DNA of 64,000 bases from Massalongia carnosa (lineage: Eukaryota), in NCBI GenBank assembly GCA_965645245.1, contig OZ287068.1, positions 1,922,001-1,986,000 on the forward strand. Reading direction: 5' to 3'. The position numbers were made by a program, and so were the translations under genes. The notes below the pieces were generated by a model that saw nothing but the letters and a program-made list of their open reading frames with translations, was not told the origin of the DNA and searched no databases. This document shows positions 12,480-25,560 of the stretch, one piece after another (the first letter of the stretch is position 1; every line of letters begins with the position of its first letter).

Positions 12480-13215
12480 CCCTCTCCTCCTGTCTGTCCC
12501 CCTCGTCTTTCCAGTTTTTTTGGTCTTTTCTTTTTTTCTTTCCTTTGTAGAGGTGCGCGAGAAGATGATCTGGCAACCGGGGGGGGGTTGTACTTGTGTA
12601 TGTGTGTATCAATGGCTTCAGGCTCTGGGGGAAGGGGGGGAAGGGAGGGGAAGGAAAATGAGTAGCTGGCTAGGCTAATTAGCTACTCGTAGATGAGAGA
12701 GGAACGAATGATGATGGGGTACTGGGTTGCTATGTTCTAGGTGTTGGGGAATCCCAATCAACCGCCCTGGCTGTTGCTACTATGTACTATATAGTAAGCA
12801 AGTAAGTAAATAATCATGCAGGTAGGTAGGTAAACCAGGCAGGCAGGCAGGCAAAACGAAACCAAAAAAACGCACGGGTTTGGCTAGCTAGCTAGCTAGC
12901 TAGAATATCCCATATAATTTAAATACGCTGGAGATAACATATCTTGCCCGCCCAGCCCAGCCTAGCCCAGTCCCCTCCGTCGCTAGGTATGTATGTACGC
13001 TTGCTAGATAGGGGTATCCAGTCCAAAACATTGGCACATCGTTTCATTTCGTTTCATCCACGGTCCCATCTTTCCTGCCGTTCGTTTCGTTTTGGGGCTT
13101 CTGCCCTATTCCTACCTGATTGATCTAGGTGGGTGGTAAACAAGCCGGATTGGTAGATTATGTCTAAGATGATAGGTAATAGGTAGAGAGAAGTTTTTGG
13201 GGGGGGGGGGGAATA
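12480..13215. repeat. Low-complexity, microsatellite-rich spacer between convergent RHO1 and RhoGAP
   Basis: (GGCA)n, (GCTA)n, (GGTA)n, (GCCCA)n and poly-G runs. Confidence 0.8.
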
Positions 13216-13791
13216 TATGCTCGATTTGGTTCGTGTTGTGAAAGCAGATATATCTAAGATGGTCGAAAGATGGTTCTAGGATATATGCTTATTTGAATCT
13301 GAGATAAATATGAGCCCTCCAAGGACCCGGGCTTTGAGATCGTTTGGGTTCGTAGATCTTGATGGATTTTCAATCTGGTAAAATTCTTGGGGGATGAAAT
13401 GACCAAAAACAAACAGTGCTGGATGACAATATGCAAACTTCGGAAAAAAGCTATTCCTATATGGTACCTGGCGGAGTGAGATGAATGGATACATCACTGT
13501 AGACTCAGCTTTTGAGGGGATGTTCTTGCTTGATGGTGTTGTAAGATTGTAGGCTTCAGGGGAATAATGCTGAGAAATGGTTGTCGGCCAGACCCAGATG
13601 ATAAAGTTCGATATCCAAGTCACCATGATAAGCTATTTCCAAGAAAGATAGGTGATGTGGCTCCTCCTCATCGATCAACTTAGGGGATGAAATTTCTTGA
13701 GGGGATATGTTGGCTGAGAAAATTTGACGACTCCAAAAGACAACTCGACATCTTTCGCCAGCTACAGGATAGCAAAGCAAAAAAAGCAGGA

Positions 13792-15654
13792 TCAAGATTT
13801 TGGCACCGGTTTACGGGGGACGACAGGTGCTGGAGAAGTCGCTGAAGGAGATGTAGCTTCATACTCTGGCAGTGCGGAAACTTCTTCAAGATTATCTAAA
13901 GGCCCGGTTTCATCCTCGCCAGGCACGGTATTGTAAAACGGAATATGCTCTAACGTGACCGGTCTATCGGTAACAATCATTGAATACCGAGGCAGAGGCT
14001 TTACAGGGGGTGCCGGCTTCCTTCGCACGGTCGCGGTATCGGGAGAAACGGTTTCAATAGGTGACACAATCGGCCTCGGAGGGAGCGGCGGTCGTTCTTC
14101 TATTTCCTCGTCGCTCTCATCATTATCCACCAGCGTGATCCCCAAAGTTTGAGCGTCCAGCGATGATCGTGGTCCCTGGACCTCTTGCAGTGGATCTTCT
14201 CGATCTTCAACCGCCTCCGGCATGCGCAAAGAGTCTTCGAATTTCATTACGTCCATGTTGAATTTGGGCGCCAGGTCTTCCTTCCAGTGCATGATCATGG
14301 CCATGAGGATCCGACGGATGATGCTGGCAATTTTGGCATCTTCGAGCGGATCCGGTCCGTGTAAAAGGCAGGGACCGAAGCAGACGGCGAGGTTGTACGC
14401 GGTCATGTGGTTCCAGTCTTGGAAGTCTGTAATCCTTGACAGAAGGGGAAGAAGATGCATCGTCAGGATCTTTTTCGAGATGGCGCTAATGGGCGACCAT
14501 TTGTCATGTTCGGAGAGGATGTCCAACAGCTGGGAAGTTTGAATGGGGTCTTCGGTCTCGCTGTAAGCGGTACCGTAGAACCTTTCCAAAGCCGTGTAAC
14601 ATGATTGAGGGAAGATTGGCTCGCGAAGGTCTTTGTACCACTGCTTAATCAAAGCAGCTGCCGTATGAACATTATAACCCTCGGTTTGGTCCACCTCCTC
14701 GACCCAAATCTCCCCGACCCCTTCCCTCCTATGGCTATGGCTTAAAGAGACGTTTCCATCTCTCCAAACGATGAACTTTTGCCCTCGGTCGTACGCTTCC
14801 GTAAGTATGTCCACCATCAAAGCCCTAGGACTGATGCGAAAAATCCCTTCAGTTTTGATTAACGGATCCATAATCACAAAACTTGTAGCCTCGCGCAAAA
14901 CCCTTGGTAGCCTTGCAACACCGTTCGCCGCCGTAGGAAGCGGTTGCTTGACAGCAAATGCTCTCCTTCCGCTGAGATAGGGGACATGAATTTCTTTCGA
15001 AAGCCCTCGATCGGTCAGGTAGGCGGATGGAGGGATCAGAAGATCCTCGATTGGAATATGTAGAGCAAGCCCCGTCAATGTAGAGGCTAACGTGCCATCT
15101 TCCATCAGTACATCATCCCTCTATAGTTCTTAAATATCCCACAAGACATCCTTACCATGAACGACCTTCTTTCGAAATTTTGGGCTTACGACCGTGGAAA
15201 ACATTTCAATGAGGATTCGAATCCAGTTCTTTTCATGCACAATATACAGCTTCTTCAATCTCTTCCTCATTGCCCTCGACAACACATGATAAGCCTGGAA
15301 GAACCATCCCCACCCAGGCCTACCTTTCTTCGTGCCTGTCACCCCATCAGGGCTGCCTCCTGCAAAGAACACCAACTCATACCCTTGGCCGCCTATCAGC
15401 TCTTCCTCATCTGGGAGTCGTGCCAACACGTAAGGAAGCAAGGCATCGTAGTCGACATTCTTTGCGTCTGGAAATGCCGCCGCATTGAGGGTGAACACAG
15501 GAAGGTCGCTCCGAGAGGGAAGCGGAGAGCGATAAAGGATCTGGGCTGCGAGGTCTGCAAGCTGAATTGAATACTCTGTAGAGGTAGGAGCCGGAGGAAC
15601 GGCTGCCAAAGGGAAAGAAGAGCTCTTCAGTCGCAATGCAATCTGAGAGCGCAT
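13792..15654 (-). CDS. ECM25: CRAL-TRIO/BCH domain + RhoGAP protein (Ecm25/ARHGAP1-like); exons 15654-15156, 15086-13792
   Basis: BCH-like LSRAMRKRLKKLYIVH..VSPKFRKKVVH, RhoGAP arginine finger EGIFRISP, KQWYKDLREPIF and NHMTAYNLAVCFGP, and a Pro-rich tail. Intron at 15155-15087. Confidence 0.85.
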
Positions 15655-16250
15655 CTTGTTCAAGCGACGGGAAGCGAGAATCCAGCCCTCTCTTCGCTAC
15701 AAGATTCAAGAGTTGAAGATGATGCAGCGGTTACTAAGTGGGGGAATGGCACAATCTGACAATCATCAAAGTTTACGATGATCCCTTTGTTCACGATTCT
15801 TGCTACTTGATTGACAACGGGTGAAGCTTTCCGTTGAAACTGCCGTCAAATTGTTTGCTAATTGGGAGATTCTAAACTTAGTAGCTTGTCCATTTAGACG
15901 CGCAAGCATACCTACTTATACTTCTCCTTTCTCTTCTTTGCCATTGAATACGTGACATGTTCAATACATTATTTGGCCCTATAACATGTACAAGACAATC
16001 CACTACCTTATTAGCGTGGCCACGACTGTAAAACTTAGCTCCCAAAACACGATAGAAGGCATGTTGAGCCTCCTTAACTAGGATATCAATGATGGTAGTA
16101 TGCATAGTGTTGTCATGTATCTCTACCGAGTAAAAATCCAAAACAACGACTCCTATCCCTTCCGCTTGATCTTTGCCTGTTGATTTGGAAATGGGCTGGA
16201 TAGCTCAGACCGGCGTTTTCTCGCCTTGGAAATCTTGCTCCATTGACGAT

Positions 16251-19200
16251 TCAAGCCGGCAACGGAACTCCTCCCCAAGCATCATGCGCTGACTGCATAG
16301 CTCTTTTCTTGGCCTTGACCTCGTGGTCTAAAAGGGTTTTGTGGAAATCTAACGTCGAGATGTGCATTTGAGCGCTTGATTGGGGGCTGAGGTCGCTCGT
16401 TTCTTCCTGTAAGGTATAACCTGAAACCGGGTGTGGATGCAAGACAGGACTCGACTTGTCCACGATGCTAGCTTCCTCTACTTCAATAGGATGCTGTACA
16501 CAGTCCTCGTACAACTTGGACCAGATCCTAGCCCCGTTGACTTGGTCATCAGTATCTGGCTTGTTTGTTCGTACAATGCTTGGCTGGCTGGAACTCTGGT
16601 GTAAAGTGTCCAGCACAGTGGCGATATCACTTTTGGACATTGCCCCAAGAGGCTGCAAAGGGGGCGGTAACTGGGGGAGAATCTCGAGCTCAGGATACTC
16701 CAATTTCCCCCCGACGGAAATAGAAGAGCGATGGCCTCGGCTCAGTCGGCGAAAATCGATGTTGTAGATACGGCCTAGTGTGTTCATCATGCTCTTCCCG
16801 AACCGCAAACTCCGATTCTTTTTCTTCCTTCCAAAATGGAAAGATCTACCTTCCTTCTGAACGTTCATCGACTCCAGCGAGCGAAAGTCTGTAGCAAAAT
16901 CGCGTGGGGTAACGTTGTCTGCTTTGCCTGCCGGTGATAACGAGCGTTCTGCCCGGGAGTGACTCGGAAAACGACTCCAGGAGGGTATCGGGCTGGAAAG
17001 GTCACTAGCAGGTACAACCACACGTTTTCCAGGTCTCAATTTAGTCATGGGAATGGATAGGTGTAGATCTGCTCCATAAGCTGCTTGCGAGTGTACCTTC
17101 CACGAGTCGCTTGAAAGATATTGTGCTCCTCTTTGGAGTGGTGGTCTAGAGTTCTGTGGCTTGCCTTCATCTGTTCTTCCTGGTAAACTCCGTCTGCTAC
17201 ATGCCGGCGAAACACTGCCTACTCTCTTCTTCGAAAGTACAAAATCCTCTTTTGCATGGTCTTGGAGTGCCCTTTCCCATATGGAGGAGGCATCCTCATC
17301 TGCCGGTGTAGCAAAGTCGAGTCCATGCCCCTGGCGATTACCGGAAGAATACCACTCGTCACTTCCACCCGAATCGTATAAGCTAGGTCTTCTAAGACCT
17401 TTATGCTCTCTTGAATAACTCCTTTGCTGACGGGAATCTGCGCGTACCCCTGGGTCAACCTTGGCATTTAATGGCCGAAACGTTGTTTCCAAATCGGTAG
17501 GAAAACTTTTCTTTGCGCTATCATCACCACTTCCAAAATCCAAGAAGCCCGGTGCATCAGCGGGTGGCCTTTCGCAATCTGACGTACGTCGTCGTGCTTC
17601 ATTTGTCTCAACGGTCAAAATCTGTGTAGCAGATACTCTCGGTATATCTAAAACGGTACTCCAGGCAGCCTGATCTTGTTCGTCATTGGGGTTGCGCATT
17701 TTAAGATATTCTAATCTCTCCGACAAACTTCGAATTTTCATTAGTGAACTGTGCCGACTTGACGCAAGACTATCGTTATATGATGAGTACTTTGAGGACG
17801 CTATATCTCTTCGAGGATAAACCAAGGTCTCTGGTACTTTCAAATGTGTAAGTCCTGAACTCGAATTTCGACGTTCGAGACGAGTCTTGACGGGATGGAG
17901 AAGGAATTTTTCATCGCTGGAACTGGTTTGTAGGGTTTGAGCCGGTCCATCCAACTGTGATAGTGATGCTGACGAAAGAAGTGGCTTGGAGACAGCATCT
18001 TTGGCAATCAGGACGCCTTGTAGATGGCCTACGGAAGGGATTTCAGATATTTTCGAAAGAGATCTTCGTGCTTCCGTAGGGTCGCTTTGAACCCTATCGT
18101 TGGTGCTCATCCTTTCAAGAACATCATCAAATGAACTGATGTCTGCCACTTTGATCCTAGCGTCAGAAGGGAGTTCATGAACTGAATTTCCGTCCGATTT
18201 CATCTCATTATGCTGAATCGATCTATCTGTCGATTGATTTGAGTGTCCTGACAACCCCCAAATCCGTTTCCTTGGTGGCCTAGAATTATCACAGAGCTCG
18301 AGGGACTTTCTCCTGGATGGAAGGATGCTACTAGGTATGCGGGCAAGCTGTTGAATGGAGCGACGGCGGATTCCTAGACCGGAACGACCACTCTCTTGTT
18401 GAGGCGCCTTCTCAGCAAAACACATTGAGCGTGAATGGTGTAACTTTGCGTTTCCTGGAGTAGGATGACTTCTGTCTGGTCGAGGCACCGTCTCTGAAAA
18501 AACCACCGAGCGTGAGACGTGCAAATTAGATGAAGACCTCGACTGAAAATTCTTCTCATGTGAGATAACGTTAGAATGCTGGTCTAGTCTTCCGGGGGGT
18601 TGAACGGCATTGCTATCACACAGCTGGAGTGTGGTGGCCTGCAGTTGGTTTCGGGGTTCCAATGAAAATTGAAGGCTATCTATAAGATTGGTCCGCGAAG
18701 CCTTTGCTAAATCTTGGACTTGATCGTAGTCCACAGAGTTATGACTCTAATATAGCATTAGCGAAAAGCAGTATTTTAATTCTCATCCCGTGAACTTACT
18801 TTCCACTCATTTGATACTTGACGGTGCCCTTCATCTATTACACCATGAGTTTGCTGAATTATTTCTCTTCCTTGCAAGGACGATGAAGGTTCAAATCGGT
18901 CAACCGTGCTCCTAGGTTGAGATAATTGCGTTTGTATGAGACCACCGTTTCGAACCCATGAGCCATTAGGTGTTTTGATGGGCACGGCATCAGCATCATA
19001 GCCATTTTCGCTACCAGGTCGATCCTGCAGAAGCTCCTCCTCCAGCCTCCGGTGGAGAGCCCTCTTTAGTTCTTTGCGACGTTTAAGATCCTCCTCACTG
19101 CACACAGGTTTCTTACTTGAATTCTGCTTCGAGGATTCTGAATCCCGAGAAATGCTTCTTCGAAGCACCCTGAAAATCTCATGAAGTCGGCCAGTACTTT

Positions 19201-19468
19201 CTTTGGAACGAATGCCAAACAACATCGCGCGTTTTGGGCCAAAGTCCCCGTCTGCAATATGTAGATGTTCGGGGAGAAACGATTCCAAGTTCGATGAAGC
19301 GAAGATTTCACAGATAGGCTGTAGGTCGTCGGCGCTTCTAGATGAGGTTGGCGTGGTGTTTAAGGATGGGTAGGTAGGCTGCTCTTCTGATAGCTGCTGC
19401 ACCACCCTGGTGTTCGGCAAGTCGTTTGAAGAGACTTGACGAAACCGACAGCAGTCAAGATGCGTCAT
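16251..19468 (-). CDS. Large Ser/Arg-rich hypothetical protein; exons about 19468-18800 and 18746-16251; 5' end uncertain
   Basis: ORFs of 230 and 827 aa are joined in frame by a GTAAGT..TAG intron at 18799-18747. It has motif-like islands (WSRFPSH, GHRSSISVGGKLEYPELEILP) but no recognised domain. Confidence 0.75.
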
Positions 19469-20602
19469 GAAGAGTAGCTAACCAAGCAGAAGCCCCAAAA
19501 CCGTGTATTGCGGGTTTTGCTCCGGTTCTCATGCTTTGATATATAAATTCTTAGTTAGTGATATTGCAGGGCTTATTAATAACATGGAAGCCCTGACAAC
19601 CAACGCTGTAGTATAACATATACCTTTATCGCATAGCTGTATGCCAAACCGCACATCCTATTGCAAGATTACCTGAACCTTTAAAAATTAAGCGTGGCTT
19701 ACCTTGCTCCCGTCGAATGTCTAGAGGAAAGGGCTATCTTAAGAGAGCCAAAGGTGAATCATCAAAGATTTGGAGCTATCAGTTGTCCGGGGGTTTAGTC
19801 TAGACCGAGAAGCTTTAGACACTAGTTTGATCTATTAAACTCATATGGAAAGTGCGAAGGTAGATGCAACAAGCGAAAACGTGCAGGTAGGTGGTTGATT
19901 GCTTTCCGAATACGATAAAGGTAACGGGATGGTACAAAAGAAGGTTCTTGGATGTACTTTTCTCTGTGTGCTCCCAAGAAATAAGAACGCTCGCAGCACC
20001 AGCTTAACTCCCAAAGTGATAGGGGCTACCCTTTCATCCACATTACAGTCAAGCCATCCCCTGGCTAAAGTATGCTTTTGTCACAGCTTTTTCCTTAAAT
20101 CAACGTCTTCTAGCAACATAATTTTCATTTAAAGCTGTCTATTTTAGTTGGGATTTCGTATCCTTAAGCAGGAAGGAAGGCTTAGAGTAGGATGGGCTGC
20201 TGCGTAAGAATGATCCGCACTCAACTAAATAGACGGTCAGCATTCATAGAAAATTCACACGGTCATACTGGATTGCGTTATAACAATCCTGTAATCTGAA
20301 GAATCGATGTGGAACTGTGGAATTTGCAGGCAACATCAGCTACTCCAGTTAGATTGCTAGATAGCTAAGAATGGTTTTGCTATCAAAGCGCTTTCCCTCA
20401 TGCAATGCCCGGTTGAGCAGGGTATCTTCACAAGGGGAATTCGCTATGCAATGTTGAAAATTGCAGTCATAAATCGCTTTTCCTCTAGCCACTAGTTTCC
20501 ATTTTCCCTCCCAAAACGCCGATGTTAAAATCGTGCGAGTATGAAAACATCATCATCGATTCATGTTGTTGAACATATCGTCGTAATTTTCATTTAAATT
20601 GT

Positions 20603-23102
20603 CTATGTTGAGGTAGAGTATTTCTTGCGGTAGAACTTGGCAGCATTCACCATGTTTGTCAACGCGGCCTTGGTCTCTTTCCATTGGCGAGTCTTTAGTC
20701 CGCAATCGGGGTCCACCCAGAGTTGATCGGGGCTGAGGTATTGAAGCATCTCTTGGATCCTGTCCTTGATCTCCTGTTCACTTGGAATCCGAGGGGAGTG
20801 GATATCATAAACGCCAGGGCCGATATGTCTTGGATATGCCTCATCCACAAACACTTTTAACAGCTTAGCATCACTCTTGCTGTTTTCAATACTCAGCACA
20901 TCAGCGTCCAGTGCTGCGATGGCCTGAAAGAAGTCTTGAAACTCGGAGTAACAGAAGTGTGAATGAATTTGAGTGGAGTCCTGGACACCTGAGACAGCCA
21001 GGCGGAATGACTTGACAGCCCAGGAGAGGTAATTTTCGCGTTCCAGTCCTTGACGAAGAGGTAAGCCTTCACGAAGAGCTGGCTCATCAACCTGAATCAC
21101 GTATATTCCGGCAGACTCTAGATCAATGACCTCATCGCGTAGTGCTAGAGCTAGCTGCTCAGCCTGTACTGATTGATGGATATCGTCGCGAGGGAACGAC
21201 CACCGGAGGCAGGTTATGGGCCCCGTGAGCATACCTTTCATTGGCTTCTTTGAGATTGAGGCGGCATATTTGGATTCCTTGACAGTCATAGCTTCGGGCC
21301 GAGAGATATCGCCAACGATAATTGGAGGACGAACGCAGCGAGAACCATAGCTCTGAACCCAGGCATGGGTGGTGAAAACATAGCCAGTAAGACGCTCACC
21401 AAAGTATTGGACCATGTCATTGCGTTCAGGCTCACCATGCACATACACATCAAGGTCAAGTTCTTCCTGAATCTTGACAACATCTTGGATCTCCTTCTCA
21501 ATAAACTTTTCATACTCCTCAGCGGTAATCTCCCCTTTTGTAAAACGATTCCGCTGAACTCGGATCTCCTTGGTCTGGGGGAAGGACCCGATGGTTGTAG
21601 TTGGGAACTTAGGCAGCTTAAGAGACCTTTGCTGCTGTGCAATTCTAATAGGAAAGGGTGACTTCCGGTTGTAATATTCGTCAGTAATCTTGGATTGGCG
21701 GTCCTTGACCTTTGAGTCATTGGTGTGCTTTGAGGAGGACCTAGCTTCGATAGATTTAGCGTTTGCTTCTAGCTTATCGCGTACACTAGCAGGACCATCT
21801 GTAACAGCTTTTGCAATGATCACCAACTCCGAGGCCTTTTCAACTGCAAAGCTGAACCAATCCTTGACCTCAGGATCCAGCTTCTTTTCGCTCGTAATAG
21901 TGTGAGGAGTGTGCAGCAAGGAGCTCGAGGTTGCCACAATCACTCGATCTTTGCCAAGTTTTTGAATGGCAGTCTCAACAGTCTCGATGGCCCGCTTGAA
22001 ATTCGTCTTCCAGATGTTTCGACCATCAACAACGCCAAGTGAAAGTATCTGCTTCGGATGTAGTGCTAGAATGACCGAGTCGAGCTGCTCAGGATTACGA
22101 ACCAAGTCAACATGCACTCCATATACCCCTTTAATGGCAGAAATGACGTCCAGATTGTGAACAATATCGCCAAAGTAGGTGGTAATCACAATTTTCGGGA
22201 TCTTGTCGCCAAGCCCAACAAAATTCTCATAAGCTGGCTTCAACGCAGCCTTGACCCTGGGCGGTAAATCAAATACAAGGGAAGGCTCGTCGATTTGCAC
22301 AGTCTCTGCACCAGCTTCCTTAAGCTTGATTAGAAGCTCCTCATAGACCGGAAGTAGCTTGTCAAGGAGAGAAATAGGATCAACTTTCTGATCCCGATCG
22401 GCTTTGCCTAGTGCAAGGAAAGAGACCGGCCCAACAAGAACTGGACGTGTAATGATACCAGCCTCCTTCGCTTCCAAGAACTCAACAACAGGCTTCGGGT
22501 TGGATTTTAGTTTAAACGTCTGATTATCTTGGAACGTCGGTTTGACGTAGTGGTAGTTTGAGTCAAACCATTTTACCATTTCCTGTCTGGGTGTAAGCAG
22601 AAGCATTGAGTTGGTCAATTTGGCACCAGCTGCATTCACGCACCAAACTCGGCACATCGATTCCTTCATCGGGCACCTGTCTCCCACGACCCAAGGCAAA
22701 GAACTCATCAATATCTGCAAGCTTGTACTTTGAATACTTCTCCGGGATGGCCTTTTAACTAAATTAGCATTTGAAAGAGAAATGTGCCAGCTGTTCTAGC
22801 GGAAACAGTCTTAACTCACACCAAACAGTTGAATATGATCAAGTACATGGTCATAGTATGAGAAGTCGTTACTGGGAATAATATCTACACCCGCATCCTT
22901 CTGTATCTTCCAATGCTCTAGTCGGAGACGTTTACCCTCGGACAGCAAGTCATCTCGAGACAGCTTCCCTGCCCAGTATGATTCCGTGGCCTTCTTGAGG
23001 TCTCGGTTAACTCCCATGCGAGGGAAGCCAAGTACGGAGCTTGAGCCGAAGGTCAGTGGAACGGTTGTTAAAATAGTATTATATAACGTACGATTGAACC
23101 AT
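20603..23102 (-). CDS. MET6: Cobalamin-independent methionine synthase; exons 23102-23092, 23039-22820, 22751-22644, 22582-20603
   Basis: MVQSSVLGFPRMG, EMVKWFDSNYHY, PTTTIGSFPQT, HGEPERNDMV, HSHFCYSE and WVDPDCGLKTR. Confidence 0.97.
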
Positions 23103-23470
23103 TTTGACAGTGAGCTTCCGGCTGGGTTGATAATAAGGTTGGAAGGGATTAATGATCCTTCGATTGAGCTTCAACCGTAAGGGACAGTGGTAGAACGTGA
23201 GAGTGAGAACTTCGAGTTGAGATATTATTATTGGAGGTATGGTGCAATTAAGAAGAGAAATAATAGCAAAGCTTTCGTGGTGGGATGAAAGTTCGGACCT
23301 CCGGGCTCGCACTCGCTTCACTCGGGCTACTCCCTACTCAACATATCGATAACAAACATGATACGTACCGCCATGATCTCATTGGGCGCTAAGCGAGGCT
23401 TGATATCATGACTATCAATTCGACTTGGTCACCCGTCAACAACAACACTGTCTTGACGGTTACTTACAGA

Positions 23471-24478
23471 ATGGCCCTTATCGAAACATGGATGCCGCCT
23501 TCGCGCGAGCACTGGGAACAGCTAGTCTGGCTCTGGCAATTTTTCCCCCTTGTTAGTCAACCTGACCTGAACAACATTCCTATCTAATAAAGCCTACCAG
23601 TTCGCCTCCTTCCAGTGGGTGGTATCCTACTACCCAATGGGCAAAACCTCCAATGATTCCCGCTTCAACCTTCCCGGCCGAATCGGCTGGGTCCTAATGG
23701 AAGCACCGTCGTTCATCGTACTCCTGTACCTTATGTTTACGCTCCCAGTGCAAAACCACATCGCTAGTCTCCCCAAGGTGAACTGGGTCATGGCTGCCTT
23801 ATACGTAGGTTTTCACACCTCGCAGCACAAGGGAGCACATTCACTTTGCTGATTAAATCTTATGCCGCTAAGACAATCCACTACATCTACCGCGCTCTCC
23901 TCTCCCCTCTCCTCCTCAATCCCTCCATGTCCCCCATCCACCCGACCGTCTTCCTCGCCGCCCTAACCTTCCAGCTCTGGAACGCCACCTGCCTCGGGGG
24001 CTGGCTGGCTGGCTACGGCCCTGTTACCGCCTACGACTGGGAAGGCCGCGCGGTCTGGATCGAAGGGGGCATGATGATCTTTGCGCTTGGCCTCCTAGGC
24101 AACATTTTCCACGACGATGATCTGCGCGAGATCCGCCGAGCGGCTGCGCGGCGCCAGAAAAAGCTATGGGAGAACGATGACGGCGCCGAGAAGAGGAAAC
24201 CGAACCCGAGGAAGAATCCCGGAGTGGACAAATACTACCAAATCCCGCAGAACGGCCTCTTTCATCTGGTGCTATACCCGCACCACCTCTGCGAATGGGT
24301 CGAGTGGGCGGGCTTCTGGATGATTGCTGGTTGGGGGTGCGTGCCCGCACGGTGCTTTCTCGTGAACGAGATCGCGGCCATGTTGCCGCGGGCGCTGAAT
24401 GGGAAAGCATGGTATGTGGAGCGCTTTGGAGCGGAGAAGGTGGGGGGGAGGAAAGCGGTTATCCCGTGGTTAATATAA
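23471..24478 (+). CDS. 3-oxo-5-alpha-steroid 4-dehydrogenase (steroid 5-alpha-reductase) family; exons 23471-23551, 23601-23804, 23873-24478
   Basis: YPMGKTS, GWVLMEAPS, HYIYRA, NIFHDDDLREIR, YQIPQNGLF..YPHHLCEWVEWAG and RKAVIPWLI. Canonical introns. Confidence 0.88.
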
Positions 24479-24949
24479 GGTGTCAATGGGAGTGGAAAGA
24501 GGGTTTTTGGCAAAGTAAAAAACAAATTGTAGCAGTCAGGGGGCTCGTTCCCCCCCGTAACAATACTCTCCTACCGATTCTTCAAAACCCAACCTCTGCA
24601 GGCGCCCCTCAGCCCTTTCCACCATCGGCCCCAAACCCACCCCCGAAATCCGTATTTCAGGTTAAGAACGGGAGCCTCTGTCTCCCAAACCACAAACCCG
24701 AAACCAGAAACCACATCATAGCGGCCAACGCCCCCGCCAAGACCAAGACCAAGCACAAGCACCCTGCCTCAGACCCCAGCAGTCTCACCCCCATCTTCCC
24801 CCGTCTCCACCTCCGCCCTCTCCCATCCGCCATCTCGCCAAGAAGTAAAATAATAGAAAGAAAAACAAAAAGGGAAAAAGGGGAGACGTAACGCTGCCTG
24901 TCATCATGCGCGCCCCGTCCAATGTCAAAATTTAAGAGTCAGGAAGGAG

Positions 24950-25560
24950 GCTATCTACCTGCCCGCCTGCCCGCCCGCCCATAGTCAAACCGAGGAGTCC
25001 CACACATCCCACAAATAGTATGGCGCAGCACAACGAGAGATTGGGCCGCAGCCGACGAAAAGTATATATGCATTGAAAGGGGGTATGTGAAAAGGATGAG
25101 TAGTGGGAAAGGCGGTGGATGGATGGATGGATGGATGGATGAATAGTTGGTTGGTTGATAGGAGACAACACATAAGAACGAGGATCGAAAGGAGAATGTA
25201 GGTAGGTAGGCAGGCAGGATTTGAAGGTTGCATCTACCTTGGCATATTTGTATATGCCAGATTCCAGAGCTAAATAGGTATTCAACCAGAAACTAGAACA
25301 TCTACCTGCTGTGCCATTCTATTTCTCGTGTGCGAGGATTGGTTTACTAAAGTAGATAGGATAGGAGAGGAACGAGCACCTAACTACCTAGATAGTATCG
25401 TTAGTAAGAAGGGGTAGGACTAATTGGTCAGGAAGAAATCAATCAATCATTTGTGCCTTTCTCTAGTATATTTCGTTAAGCGTTCTCCTGTTGTCGATGT
25501 ACGTTAAAGTAAGGTAGGTAGTTGGTTGATTGGTTGATTGATAGTTTCCATCTGAGTAGT
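24950..25560. repeat. Microsatellite-rich spacer downstream of the 5-alpha-reductase gene
   Basis: (GGAT)n near 25116-25141, plus (GGTA)n, (GGTT)n, (GCCC)n and (AATC)n. Confidence 0.8.

Noticed and set aside
13254..13795. Short minus-strand ORFs downstream of the RhoGAP
   Set aside because: No coherent exon structure or motifs; probably 3' UTR or spacer.
22583..22720. N-terminus of the 705-aa MET6 ORF (MQILMSS...)
   Set aside because: It reads through intron 3 and an off-frame exon; the real start is at 23102.
24295..24891. 198-aa ORF overlapping the reductase 3' end
   Set aside because: An alternative frame running into low-complexity downstream DNA, with no motifs.
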